Notes: generated by a model not told the origin, from the letters alone. Shown: positions 1-13,699, counted from the whole stretch's first letter. The stretch is 57,644 bases of DNA, filler included, from Sphacelaria rigidula (GCA_964200075.2; 3 parts of 3 records of this genome joined end to end with filler, not necessarily neighbours in it), one strand, 5' to 3'. A program made the numbers and translations.

Positions 1-539
1 CATCATTTTTAAGCGCTTTGCCCGCCAATCCCTACAAAGCCGGGACGGAGCACACCGGGTTCTCGCCGGACCAGGCTGAAGGGAGGGGTGGGGTGGGGGG
101 ACATTTACAATCCTGGACAGCATTAATCGTACCCACCTTACAAGTCACACAGGCACCGTTTGTGTTAGCAGCATAGATGAACAATAAACCTTGAACAATG
201 AAGAAACTATCTGGGGGAACACTTCGGTGCCTCAGATAAGAATACAAGACAACAGAAATGGTTGCGATGAGTAACACCATCGTGACACAAGTGAAGATAA
301 TGATTCTACTCATCAGGTGAGTGGAACATGACATAGAGAGGAAGCATTATTCATTGACTCGATTTCTGGGCAGGCGCTGGACACATGCCACACACGGCAC
401 TCATCAAAGTAACAGCTGCAAAGCTGACAGCTATTCGATTCGAGACACCTTACATAGCCTGAAATTGTGTGGTGGGGTGCATAGTACTATCGTGAGAGGT
501 CGAGCTCCGGCTTGGTCTGACTGCGCCGTGGGCGGAGAT

Positions 540-2810
540 TTACAAACTCTTGCCCAGTCGAGCCACACGCTTAACTACGACACCTTCATCCTGCCATAAC
601 CTCAGGTGACCATCCATGCGTGTGAACTGTTGAAGTGAGATAACTAGGAGTACATCTCAAGGCATCAATCGGAGTGTTGAACCATGGTAGCCAGTAGTGC
701 GACTCAAGACATCAATCGAGACGGAGGAAAAAGGCATCACCCGTCCCAATCTGCAGACCGCAGGCATGGCGAACGTCAGGTATCAGGGGCCTTCAACACA
801 GGGTACACCGCTGGAATTGCCTATGGCGGAGTATATGGCATAGCTCCAAAACATAAGCACATGACAGGGATCATTGCTGTGTGCTCATGGGTCGAACAAT
901 TCCAGACCTCTGGGTGACTTCAACGACAACAAAAATCTACACCAACAAAGGGGAGCAAGGATTAGTAGTGTCTCTGTCAGTGGAATTATCAACCTCCGTC
1001 GAGACGTCACCTCCCTGATTAGCGATGGAACGTTCGCAAAACGAGCAACCAACAATGTGAGCTACGACCATACCATCGACGGTGTACCTTTGCGAGTTGG
1101 GACCCACACCACCAAGCCTCCGTTGGAAGCAGCGCACCACAAGGTACGCAGCCAAGCCTCCGTTGGAAGCAGCGCACCACAAGGTACGCAGCGAAATAGA
1201 CCCAAAGCACAGGGGCTGAGCGCCGGCACTCTCATGAAAGGGTGAGGTGGGGTGGGGGGGATCGAGTGTAGGAATCATGGACCCTGTGTCGAAGAACATA
1301 GTAGTACAATTTTGGTCTTTCGGTGGGTGCCCCGACCTTCATCATTTGTTTCGGTGGAACCAGACGATCGCCTCACCTCTTTTGTAAACATCTTGCACGG
1401 CAACAGCTTCGCCGCCGTACTGATGATTTTGGATGGGCCCGGTTTCTCGCGGTGCCGCCGACAACCACCGGGCTTTCTTATGGCGGAAAACCGCTGAGCT
1501 GCCGCGAGACCTGCAAACGGAAAACGCATCCCGACAGACACCCTCCTTGAAGAGCTGGCTAAGCGTGACATGCTGGGTTTTTCTTTCATGAGTACTTTCG
1601 AAAGAACCAGGACGTCCTTTGGCAGTTGGGATGCATAATTTCGCACAGTAGAGAGGTGCCTCAAACGATAATCAGTTTGCATTCGTTGTCCCAGCTGCCG
1701 CGCTGGACAATTGACGGGTGTGGACTTCATTTAGGCGTGCCTTCTCGAAAAGCGGCGTTTGCTACTGGAACACGGATTTTTTAACGCCATACAGCACAAA
1801 GCGTGGTGCTCTTCGGGTAGTGTAGACGTACTTGTACTTGCATGCAGCGGTGTTTTTGATTGAAGTACTGTTGCTATATCGTATACAGTGAGGGTCCCGC
1901 CACAGTGCGGTGAAATCGCTTGCCACAAGTTCAAACTACTAATAATACCATCTTGTACCCAGTGAATGACTATACCAGGTTTTGTGCGGGGTCTCAGCAC
2001 CATGCCGTCATGCCGTGATCCATGCACGATGCTGCGACCCCACTTTATTTGGAGCAGTGGGCCAAAACGACGATGCAAGCACTAACGGTCGACTGAATCG
2101 GTGACCACTGATGACGCCAGTACTGCCGGTTAACCCTGTCAGGTTATACGTAGACAGTGTCGTGAACGCTCCAAACAACTTCCCGAGAGCTGCGAAAGTA
2201 GTGCGCAGCGTAAGTAGCACGAAGTATTAGAGAGTACCACAAACACAGTACGACAATCAAGCGTATTATCATTCGTCATACTCGCAAGTAGCTGTATCCG
2301 CAATCCATCCCTTTACCAGCCACCACCACTCTCGCGTGTGAGCGGTTCAACAAGGTCCTCTTCTACCTAGTTATGCAGCACAGGTTTTATACAAACGACA
2401 ATATCCGCCTATACACCGTGCTCGTGCACAGCTGGATATACCGTGGCAGTCTAGAGTGATGGGCTACTTACCCAGCCACTTGACGGTGTTACCATGGCCA
2501 TGGCCCACCGGCATGTCGTAGAGCACTTCCTCCCCTTCGTACACCACCCGCATCTTCAGCAACATGATTTACACTATTTAGTTGGAGGAGTTGTTCAGCT
2601 GTACACCCTCTCCTCTTGTGTCGCATTTGGGGAAGTAAAAAAACAACTTTTGCACAGCAGTTGCCTCCCCGCACTAACCGACTGATTTGAGGCGGAGGCT
2701 ATATGCTGTGCCGTGGCTTCATGTAATAAAGCAGGCGGTGAAACTGAAGCGTACGCTTCACGAGAAGGCACCTGTTGTATTGACCACGAGAGAAATAGCA
2801 TGTCGCGCGG
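540..2810 (-). mobile_element. Degenerate Ty1/copia LTR retrotransposon internal region (gag-PR-INT-RT remnants)
   Basis: Minus-strand motifs appear in copia order, broken by stops and frameshifts: decayed zinc knuckle (CF..RHKRRGC, ~2600-2650), protease-like WIADTAT (~2288-2308), GAG-pre-integrase LHRRFG (~2060-2078), integrase-like SFTGYKMVLLVV*TCGKR (~1915-1970), RT-like SPEGY...KRVARLGKSL* (~540-612). LTRs were not identified and boundaries are approximate. Confidence 0.65.
1112..1191. repeat. Perfect 40-bp tandem duplication
   Basis: CCAAGCCTCCGTTGGAAGCAGCGCACCACAAGGTACGCAG occurs twice, at 1112-1151 and 1152-1191. Confidence 0.95.
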
Positions 2811-2962
2811 CCAACTAAACCATCAAACTTACTGTTTGATTGGATGTAGATGTATATTGATGTATCTAGCTATAGACGGGGGGTTGTCGTGATCGTACGA
2901 GCAAAAACACAGACGCTCTAGATCTCCCGCCGACCCCGCGGACTCGAAGACAAAGAACACAA

Positions 2963-3023
2963 CGCTCAAATATTGGGGCTCAACTATTGCGGCTCAACTA
3001 TTGCGGCTCAACTATTACGGCTC
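2963..3023. repeat. 14-bp minisatellite (GGCTCAACTATTGC), about 4 copies
   Basis: Units at 2977, 2991 and 3005, a degenerate unit at 2963 and a partial unit at 3019. Confidence 0.9.
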
Positions 3024-3437
3024 GAATACGAGCAACAAGGTGACAGCTCCATGTTCGTCTTCACCAACAGATAGTCATCACCCAGTCATCTTTCGTCCCG
3101 TCCGCGGGCTCTGTCCGCGTGCCTGTTTGATACCGGTTGCTAGGTGATTCAAGGGTGCCCAACACACTGCAGTACGATCCTATACATATCGGGGGATTGA
3201 AGAAATCGGGACGGAAGCTACAGTAGGGTGGAGTTCGAAGATAGCGGCATATAGTGGTATGGGTAACAGATCAATCGCGGGTGGCGTTTGAACGACGAAG
3301 CCGTTTGTGTCTGTACTGTGTAGTACAGACAGTCCCGCGTGCTTTTACAGTCTCGTTCGCGCTTTTTTTTTGTAGTGAGGTGACCTCTAATCTTCGACCT
3401 TCGTACAACCAGGAGGGGCCGGCCTACGACGAGTGAC

Positions 3438-3910
3438 ATGGTGCCCAGGATCAAGTGCTTTTCTAATAGCTCCAGTTCTACTGTGTGCGAGAGATGCCGT
3501 TATAAGATAGGCGTGGGAGAACAAATGCTGCGGTCCGACATGGGAGACGGTATATGGTTTGATGGGCGATGCCATCCTGATTGTAACACAGCAGCCTTGA
3601 GTAGGCGACGCGCAGAGACAACTTCGGCGCGATCGGGGATCGGCGTCGCCGCATTGCTTCCTAAGACGGCGCAGTTCATGGTGCACATGACAATAGATCC
3701 TGCGCAATGTGTGGACTGCGGCAAGAGTTTCCGGTTTGGTGACCCGATAACCGCGGAGGTGCATATTGAACTGGGCCTTGAAATTCGGCGTATGAAGAGA
3801 TGTTATCCTGCATGTAGGAAGACGGGGAAGGGTGCCACCCTGGCCGCTGGTTCAGGGGCTGTGAACGCTGGGGCGGGTGGTGCTGATGCTGCCGCTGGTG
3901 TTCCCGTGAG
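3438..3910 (+). CDS. Candidate first exon encoding two Cys/His zinc-finger-like repeats (loosely PARP-type) and an Ala/Gly tail
   Basis: Open frame from ATG 3438 with CERCRYKIGVGE...CHPDC and CVDCGKSFRFGD...CYPAC, ending at a strong donor AG|GTGAGT (3911). No downstream exon was identified; it may be TE-derived. Confidence 0.35.
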
Positions 3911-4354
3911 GTGAGTTGGTGTCATATATCATCATGATGATCGGACGTTAGGGACAGGAAGAGCGGAAGCTGATGGAGGGTTGATGGAGGTCACATGATG
4001 TTTCGACTGCCTCTTGCACACAGCGTACGAAACAGAGTACAGGTTCATGCTTCACTGTACGAGTAGACGACAGACGGTGAGTCATGCATGAATCAGCCGA
4101 TCAGTGCAAACAGCAGCAGTTGGACACACAGAAACTCTTGTATTTCAGTACGAGCACTCCGCACTACACGGATAAAGTTGTACCGAGTCAAAACGTCGAT
4201 ATGGACAGCTACGTTTGTTTATCGTACCGGAGTTACGTAAATAGAACGATATGCCGTGGCAGGTACAGGAAGGCTCAGTGTGCTGTAATAGCGAATATAT
4301 TGTACCTGTCTCGTAGGTACTGTTGGAGTGACGTTTACGAAACACCCCGGTGTT

Positions 4355-4978
4355 TTTCCTTTTCAATGATATGGAGGCGGTATTTTTGGAGAATAGGCGC
4401 CCCAACACAGAACACCTGGCGTCTGATGAAGCTGAAAGTTGATGTGTGTGTGGGTTGAAGCCGAAGCTAGGTGTCGACGCAGCAGCTGCGGCGATCCAAC
4501 GCGTTTTAAGCGCAGCGTGGCCTGAAACAATGATTTTGCACGACGCTGAAGCTGTTCCGAACACTAGAACATTTTCTAATGACAGTTGTAGAGTGTAATG
4601 ATATCACACCCGTGCGGAGCCAGGGGCATATCTTGCCAGCCTTGTGGTCCACACCGTCCCCCTGTCGGTCGAGGCTGGGACCAAGACCGAAAATGCTCGA
4701 CAGTGAAGATTCTCCATATGTTCGAGGCAGATGTCGTTGGGGCTTAGGTGCCGTGTCGAGCAAGACGAGGTAGAGCAGATTGGCCAAAGAGGAGAGGGTG
4801 TTCAGCCGAGGAGCACTGCGAACTTGCTCCGGCAGCGGGCAACGTCTCTTCTCCTACCGTGCCAGACTCACCGTGCTCCTTATCACGGTGGCGTGCGAAT
4901 GATAGGGGAGGTTTTTGCAGTTTTCTTTTATTATCACAATCAACCGGATATTCTGCGACTTCATGGTTCCACGTGAAG
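4355..4978 (+). repeat. Dispersed degenerate repeat, copy 1 (copy 2 at ~21095-21710)
   Basis: Colinear similarity by eye, e.g. ACACCTGGCGTCTGATGA.GCTGAAAGTTGA and CCCCCTGTCGGTCGAGGCTGG in both copies. Confidence 0.8.
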
Positions 4979-7045
4979 ATATTGACCTTCCCCTGGCAGG
5001 CACGCCGCCGGCATTTTGCGGACTCCACGTCATTTGCATTTGATCTTAGTGTGCAATTTCCGCCACCCGGGCAGCAACCTGTCGCGACAGGTGTACTGCT
5101 TACAGTATCGTGTGGTGTTTGTATCGCGACCACATTTTCTATACTGTATGCAGTACATTTGTCCAGAGCAAATGTCAGGGGGGGCGCACTGCGGAATACC
5201 GCGGGGATGAACAGGAAGCCTGGACAGTGAAACATATCTGGCGGCAGTAATGTCCACCCGTACTCCTCGTGCAGTCCCTGCAACACCGCGGAGCGTGTCT
5301 TCCGCGATGACGGTAGCTGTGACCGATATCTATCGCTTAGACTTTGCGTGAGATATTCAAGCCCGTCGCGGCAGATTATGTACGGTGACAGCACTGGGAA
5401 GTGCAATCGACTGTCACAGGTAATTTGAAGCAAAGACGGCGCACGAGTCTTTTCACCGTTTATTCCGGTGGCGCTGGAATACGGAGAACTTGAATATCCT
5501 TCGCGTCATTTTCGTGGCCAGTTCGGCATCGCTTCTCATCGCAGCATGAATGCACGTGCGCGAGGCACCGGCTGCGAAGGCCGGAGGTGATCCTACGGTA
5601 GGAGTGCACTTTTTTTTCTGGGTTTAAAATTGTTAGATGTCCTTTATCTGATCCACAACACAACTTATGAAATATGTGAGAGGACGCCAGGGTTACTATT
5701 CCAATGTGCTGGGGATATCCCGAATGAATTTACGAACGAGGATACCCTGACCCACATTCTTCTGCATCTAGAATCGTTCGGAGCCCCTGAACCAGGCAGA
5801 ATTTTGCCTCAGAAGTGCACCCCCAACGTACGTAGCATTGCTCCCGGGGGGGATCTTGAACCTTGGCCTCTCGCATTATCATGACCCCCTAATATTTGTG
5901 GCGATCAGTATTTTGATGGGTGTTTGTCTACTCGTGGGGATGTGGATTGTTTGTAAAGCACGGTCCATGTGCTCAACTTGTCGTTGTAGTTGTTGTCTTC
6001 AGAGTTAAAATCGTGCCATTACGGCATTGCTCTGTACCGGGCGTATTACGCGGAAGCTTCCCGTGGGAAAAGGCAAAGAACCCAAACATGAGGCGAAATA
6101 AATCCAAATAACCAATCGTGCTAGAAACGAATCACAGAGATGCGATACAAAAACAGGAAGAAAAAAAAATGAAGGTGGTAACAAAACAGCGAAAATAAAA
6201 AGAAGCAGACGTAAAGAGGGGGTCGTCGGCGCGCACGCGATCGCTTGGCGGTAGCAAGCCGTGCACACCGCACGAGCATACATATCTGGTTTCGCGTGCC
6301 TCCGCGTCCCTCGTGATTATCTCCCAACCGCTGCTTGCCGTAAAAACGCACCGAAGCAATTTATTGCATCGCACCGTCCGGTGACTGATACAACCTGGAA
6401 TGAGTCTCACCGTACAGCACCGCCACAACAATACTAACGACGCCCCTGCACGGCGGCGCCATTGCGCTACATCAAAACCCTAGCCTTTACCCGCCCCGGC
6501 CCCCGCACGAATGCCGTCGCACCGTACGGCCCGCAACTCTGGGCGCTTTCACACAAATTGTCCTTCTCTGTCGTCCCAATTGCCACCACTATACCACCCA
6601 ACGATTAGCTGGGCATTACACTTGACGGGTGGACCGTGACGCATTCAGCACGGCCGCCAAGTGCACTCGCCGCCGGGTCCCGACGTTGGGATTTGCGCGG
6701 CAGAATCACCGGGTGACCGGCGTTACTACAGCATAACTTCATCCGCCCCGTTCCTATGGTCGCACTTCCTCCCGTCAAATGCCACGCCCTGCTATCCTGC
6801 GGCGCCCTTCATCCCATGGGCATCGGATAAATCCTCAGACCTGTCCAACGTGCTACCTGCGCCAGTCCCAGTATCAAGCGCGCACGACAGTAGTGTGGCG
6901 TCTTCGATTCCGGTGATATTTCAGCATGAAGTTGCTCTCTCTGATTCATTGATTAATTGTCGCACTTTAGCTGACCCTCCAGGGGTCCAGCGCGAGGTCA
7001 ATGGTCTTATGACTACGGCATGCATGATCATGAGTACACCCAGGG

Positions 7046-7168
7046 GTCCAGCCGTGGTCTCGTGATAAACGTACCCAAGGAAGAGAAAACTGAAACACTC
7101 GCTGAAGAAAAGAAGGAACAGGTAAAAAAAGAGTCGAACAGAACGACATAGTAGACTAAGATGTAAAA
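7046..7168 (+). repeat. Dispersed repeat, copy 1 (copy 2 at ~47201-47320)
   Basis: Shared TCCAGCCGTGGTC..TGATA.ACGTACCCAAG...ACTGAAACACTCGCTGAAGAAAA...GTCGAACA.AACGACATAGTAGACTAAGA. Confidence 0.85.

Positions 7169-7261
<93 letters not shown>
7169..7261. repeat. (AAT)31 microsatellite
   Basis: Uninterrupted AAT run of 93 nt. Confidence 0.97.
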
Positions 7262-7262
<1 letters not shown>

Positions 7263-10200
7263 TTAATGAGGAGAAGAAAATTACCAAAAGCAAAGCACAG
7301 AAACTAATGGCCGACCTAAAACAAGAAAAAGGAAAATAAGGGGGAAATAAAGAGCAAATACAAATATATACATATATATGTGATGAAAAAAAATGAAGAA
7401 GCCCGAGGGATTTAGGGCAGCAGAGTAGGTACAGATACACACCAGTGGGCACCGTAGAGCCACCGACTAAGGACGTAATCAACAACCGATATGATTTATG
7501 TCAGACGCAATGTTCACTACTCTAGGAAATGTTGAAAATATTCTCGTATGCGACGATTTTGCATGACTTGCGCGCGCGACTCCTGTCGTCGCCGTGCAGT
7601 TTTCCAAGGTCGTGTTCTGTAGGGTACGGTACCCGAGGCATTTTCCCAGATATTCACTACATTTTATTTTTTTTCTATTACTTTTTTTGTACGTCTGCGT
7701 AAACTATATCGTTCTGTTCTACTTTTTCGCTGTTTCTAACGGTTTTCAGGGTCGGTTTTGACTTTTGTTGTATCTTCGGCACGTCCATCATGCGACCACC
7801 GCCGAATTCCTGGGGGGTTACTTCAAGTGCGACAATCAAATCAACCAAGGAATCATTTACCGCACCCGACAAGTTCTGAAAACTCCGTAACACTTCCATA
7901 TCCTCTTCCGATACTTGGAAGATCTGCATACCGTGCCCGGTTGCGGGTACGGTTTGCTGCGCAGTCTCCATATCCTGCCAGACACTTTCCGTCAGTTTAG
8001 TACGCCTCCCATATACCCTTGCCCGACAATTATGCCAGTTATGATGTTCTTTCCTTATTTTCCGCCACACTTGATCGGAAAATAATTCATTTGTTGATAC
8101 CTGTGCTACGTCACACAGATGAACGTGGGGGGGTGCGGGTTCCTCTGTATGTTGACGGTTCTCATCTTCATTTCATTTTCTGCTCGTGTGTTTTTATTTT
8201 CAAGTCCATCTTAGTCTATGAATAAACGACTCCAGTTCCATCTCTTGCCACGGATACCGGGGCATGATATCGACATACCATCATACGCCTGTGACCACTG
8301 TTTGGAGTCAAGCGCCTGATGCACGGAAATATCACTGGTGGTTATAACGCGAACAAAAACGGCACTAGTGCTAGTCATTCCACGATGAACTTGTTTTCTG
8401 CATTAAAAACAATGCATGCTTCGTCAGCATCCGGGAGTCCTACGGGCGACAGGTATTCCGAGGAGCAGGTGGGGCACAGGACGCAATACTCGACTACTCT
8501 ATTCTCAGTGATACGGACACGGCGCGTCGTTCATCGGGGGATGTTCTGTGCCGTCTCGCCCCCAGCATGTACATTGATGCCATTCTAGCTCCGCATGTGT
8601 GTTGCAAAGAACACAAACCATTGAGAGCTCACCACGCCGCTGCAAGTGAGTGCTCCCGTCCGTTCAGAAGTCCCCGGGCTCCGGCAAGCTCTCAGCATCC
8701 TACTCCTCCTCCCTGTCTGCCGCTCTCCCCACCCCGGTGCATCGCCCCAGCATCCGTTGCTCGGAAGAATTCTTGCATGAGTCGAATTTTTTTCCCGGCT
8801 CTCTTCAACTCCGTCTTCGGCGTCCGGCAGCATGTTACGCACTTCGCTGCCGCCCGCTCCTGCTTCAGCTTCTTTCTCCTCCGGAAGGCATAGAAGCAAT
8901 CGGGGGCACAAGATAGACACCCGCGGCTCGGCACCCAACCGGGCATAAATGCCGTCTTTGCCGCCGCGCCCGTGGCTGACATCCGATTCCAAAGTTCCGC
9001 CGCGTTGGCGACCGCCTCGTCATGGGGAAACTACCGAAATTGGGGTCCGGAGCCTCGTGTGTCCAGCGGCCGCCGGTGGCACGCGCGACACAGTACATTT
9101 TCGGAGTGCACGGGATTACCGGTACATACCGGGCAGGGCGTCGGCCACGCTTCCGTGGCACCACAAACCGCCTTTCCGCATGACAGCGACACCCGTTTCC
9201 GCCTTATGGGGGTATGCACGTCGGCCTGCCCAGCACGCGGTTCTTCTCTAAAGGTGGGTGGCGTCGGCCGTTGCCCCCCCAACAGGAATCCCGGTAGAAT
9301 ATCCCTGCTACCTCCTCTTCGCGCGGCAGACTGTCGGCGACTGCTGCCGCACGCCAACGATGGTAGGCACTCGCCGGCGACCGGTGTGCCGTCTCTGGTG
9401 ATACCCGGCGACGGTTCATCGCCGGAAGTGGCATCACGATTAGACCGCGCCGCATCCCTCCTCTCATCCGCCGCCATACGGCCGGGTGCGCAGGGGGGGT
9501 GTACCGCTCCTGCTACTGGAGCTGGCGGCCCCTCTTCGCCGACGCGCACCCGCTCCAATCCATCCAACCTGCGATGGCATACACGGTGATAGCAGAAGCA
9601 GTATGGGTAAGATCTGGCGCGGGGGGTGGGCAACTAACCCTAACAGTAATTTATTGTCGCGGGTCGCAGCAATAACTGCGGAATATTCGGCACAAGGCAG
9701 TCCGTACAGTATGCCCTACGAAAGATACCCAGTTGCACTTTTCCCTACCGCACGGAACTCGTTGTGCGTGGTACAGATCGTAAACGGAACCTACCGCACG
9801 GGCTACGTTTACTGCCGACCGGAAAACTTGAAAGCACATGACTGCCATGTGCTGCATGCTGCACTCACCCTATGGTTTAGCGAAATATGGTGACTTCCTT
9901 CGCCGACAGGTAGCTACTGAGAACTACCACACGCCACACAATTTAGGGTAGGCACAAGCGACTTTTCGGCGCACTGAAGTTTTTTTGTTGTTGTCGGATT
10001 ACCAAGATTCCACCACACCATAATTCGTTTTCGACCTCACTTGTTCGCGTCAACTCCCCTTCATTGATATTTTCCACGAGACCCCGAAACATCGATTATT
10101 GGAATCTCAATTGGTGGGGCGTATGGTCCTTCGCAATCACAAGCGGTTGATTGAGGAATACAGTCATATTTCCACGAATCGGAGCGGATGCAAACGTTTC

Positions 10201-12349
10201 ATGTTGCGGGGTGTCATGCACAAAGCAAATCTTTGTCGTGATGTTCCATGATGGCTTCAATCAAACACAAGTTCTACTTACACCCATATTGTGTCCTGCC
10301 ATCACACGTTGTAACAGATGAAGGACGGCGACTGGCGTATTTTAGAAAGTATAGCCTGCTACAAATCCGGCCGGCCTTGTCACAGCGACCCACCCGCACA
10401 ATCATGGCTGCTGAACCGAAATCGATCGACGGCACCGTACGTGGAATCCCGACTCCGACTCATGTTTTGGCACTATCTTCACACACACGACTGATTGCGC
10501 CCGCTGATACGAGCTGAAATGCGTGCATGTTGGGAAGGGACAAGCTCCGTAGCAGGATAGAAGCGCTGGTGTCTATATGTTGGGACTATCCCGCCTGTAA
10601 ACCTTCGAACCTTTTTCATGAGGGGGTGTTAATCACCGTCAGATATTGTTAAAAGATTCGATTTTCAGCTGCAGAGGTCACGCGGGGTGACACAAGCACT
10701 GGTGCATCGCTCAGGGGAACGCTATCACCCTACACGGCGATATGATTGTGAAAGTTAACCTAGGCATGTATATTCGTGTGCAACTCGCTGATACCGCAAT
10801 CATCGCCGTGCGAGTGCGGGGCAGTATCTTCTCCTTGAAGTAGCATCTCACAACATCTCGTCGGCATTGCTGCAAATGGGATGCCGCACAGGGCCTACCG
10901 TTCACGCGTGATACATGCAGCAGGAAATAAGGGTTAGTGTCACTAGAGCACAGGCCGTGCTACAGGTTGTGACGTGGAGTTTGCGTCACCTAACCCCAAG
11001 TCATATGAGCACTACAGCATATGCTCCGAGGGGGTGTTATACACCGTCAATCCATATGTATTCATGAAGACTTCATCTCTACAGACTGCACTGCACTAAC
11101 TTTAGTAGTATCAGAGAACAGTCATGCGCAACATTAGGGAGCAATGTCAACTCCGGGCCGCCTTCACCTCGCAGTGAATACGCACGGGAAATCACAAGTG
11201 CACCGTGGACATGAACTATTGTAGCATGGCGACATGTGCCGTTGCATGGCACAGCGCGCCGCACCGCAGCGAATACGCTATCCTCCCTGTATATGCCTAC
11301 TCTTTGTTTGCCACACTCATGACCTACCTGGCACAGACGGTACGCAGCAAGTACACGCGGACCACAGGCGATCGATTCACGGCATTGTCGTGACTACCGA
11401 GGGGCCTACATATATCGGACAATCAATGCTTCCCAACCACGCAGCGACATACCTTCTTGTCCATCCGGCCGAGATATGCGCGACCTGACCTCTGTAGTGC
11501 CAGTTATCCGGGCTGATGTGGAGCCCTCTCCCCCAAATACGTCTGCTCACTTCGACTCCATATCTTAGGCCTTGGAGCATGGCCGTCTCAAAGTGTTTTG
11601 CCATGGATGATTAATTATATGATCAGAAACATGCCTCGATACTATTGAAAAGGAATAACACGGACCCATCTTGTGGTACAGACTCGTTCACGCCTATTAT
11701 TATTAATATTGCCGCACATTAGTCCGATCTCGCGAACCCGTGGTCACAGACGTCGGCTCACCTTTCCAATACCGCCCCTGCTATTCCTTAAAATTCTTAT
11801 TGCCAAAAATAGAAATAAGAAGTAGCTCTCCCGAGATCAACGGGAAGAGAAAATAAAGAATGGAAAACAAACACACAAACAACAAATGCCAGATCTGTCA
11901 AAATGTACACAGAAAAAAAGGAACAGAGAAGATGATGAAGGACAAAGCAGGAAAAGACAGATGACACAAGGAGGTTAGCATGGCCACCATGTTAAGGTTC
12001 GACTCGAAAACAAAAAACAACCCCAGGCACCCTCATAGACGACTACCACAGCTGTTCGGAGGAAGGCGGCAGATGTACCAGCGAGTGTACTTACTGCCCG
12101 AATGTTTGCCACCCAAAATTGTGCCAACAGCAAATATTTCCGCAATATCTACTCAATAGTCGCACACATGGTATCATAATGACCGCAATGAACAGACAAA
12201 AGGGCGGCATCGCCGGACTTTTGTTGAAGGCAAAAGCGGTGGCACTAGGGATGAAAAGATACTTCGACCGATCGGCGTCCTTCAAACTGTTCTGAAATTG
12301 AAAAGCACGAATTCTCAACCCATTTTCTACCCGATCTTCACAAACTTTT

Positions 12350-12829
12350 AAGGACAATGGCCTAGAAAAACTGTATTCTTCTCGAATTTTGCCCAAGAAT
12401 GGCACGAAAAATGACCAGAAACGCGAAAGTAGTACAGCACATAAACTACACCGATTTCACCCCGAAGTTTTTCACGCACAGCAATCGGGGGACTCCTCGG
12501 CATCCGGGCCTAGAAAAAAAATCAGAAAAAAAAACATGTTACTCACGAGATATGGCCATGCGCAGAAGGACGTCTCGCCTCCAGAAACCAGTCCCCCTCT
12601 TTATGCTAATTTTCGGCGAGGTATACCTAATCTAGGGATTCTTTGTGGATCGTACCGTATGTGGGCCACCAGTCGGCCCAGAAAATACCTATCCTGGGCC
12701 ATCGCTTCCCACACTGTACCTGATGCGGCACACTGCGCGCAAGGAGATTCACGCGCCAACTCCAACCATGGCGCGCCTACACATTCGGTTCTTTTCCCGC
12801 CCATTTGCCGTTCACGAACGCCACAACGA
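12350..12829 (+). mobile_element. Non-autonomous element fragment; inverted copy at ~17188-17597
   Basis: Close reverse-complement match; the ORF track shows the same peptide (GILCGSYRMWATSRPRKYL...PPICRSRTPQR) from both loci. Confidence 0.8.
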
Positions 12830-13699
12830 CCCTACCCCCTTTCTCTCCGGAAGTGGTTCCCAAGTCTCTCCACATCGACACAAGAACTGGACTCACAACT
12901 CACAACGCGTCAGTCTTTTGCGCTTGCGGAGTGTCATGTAACATCGTGCCATTACGATCTAGGGCTGGTGTCATGCTCCGTTTCGACGTTTTAACCCTGT
13001 TGGGACCCGTGTCCCCCACAATCGTGTGTTCGGGCGTGTCTCCGCACTTTTTTTTCCGATTGAAAACATGGGGCGGTTGAATCGATTTGAGCGATTTTTT
13101 TTCGTTTTTACTTAGTTGGGTCCAGATATATATATATATTGACGTCCTATTGTCTCTAGAATAAAAATGGAGTTCCTAACGGCGTTACTGACGCATACGT
13201 ACGTAAGTAAGCGGTACAGTGTCCACTCTAACGGAGTACATGCTACATACTATGCATACTGTACTACAACGGTACCGTTGTAATATTCCAGTAATACTAC
13301 AGAAATACTACGACGGTACCGTTGTAAGCTTACAATCATGATCGATGTCATGTAAGAAGGAGTGCAACGGTGGGAATGAAGATGGAGCACCGTATCGCCC
13401 TGTCCGTCGTCCTGGGCCATACCTCCCTATGATCGTCTCCCGCCGCCAACGGTAATTCTTCATTACTCATCGCTTTGCGCCTCCATCACCATTCCAAGCG
13501 TTGGTGTTTATCTCACTATCTGGTCATACTCGTATTTGTGCTTATCGGCGAAGCTGAAAGTTTTTTACCCGACTCCTGCCGCCCCACGTTCGCGATGATC
13601 GGCGAATTTGTGAGTGCATTGAATTACTACGATGATTTCGACGGACGACTGGACATTGGCATGCCGCTCCTCATCTACATTTTTTTGTAATCCCACGGA

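Noticed and set aside
32..334. 100-aa ORF with a hydrophobic N-terminus
   Set aside because: No recognisable domain or splice context; it sits next to decayed copia sequence.
4418..4485. Minimal hammerhead CTGATGA-AGCT-GAAA (also at ~21160)
   Set aside because: There is no stem II, and stems I and III do not pair in the required register.
7156..7485. Poly-Leu membrane-protein ORF
   Set aside because: Translation of the (AAT)31 microsatellite.
11430..11680. RTE-type LINE 3' fragment (similar sequence at ~22027-22190; another candidate at ~23820-24010)
   Set aside because: The two-copy similarity is real, but the LINE assignment rests on vague peptide resemblance that I cannot support without a search.
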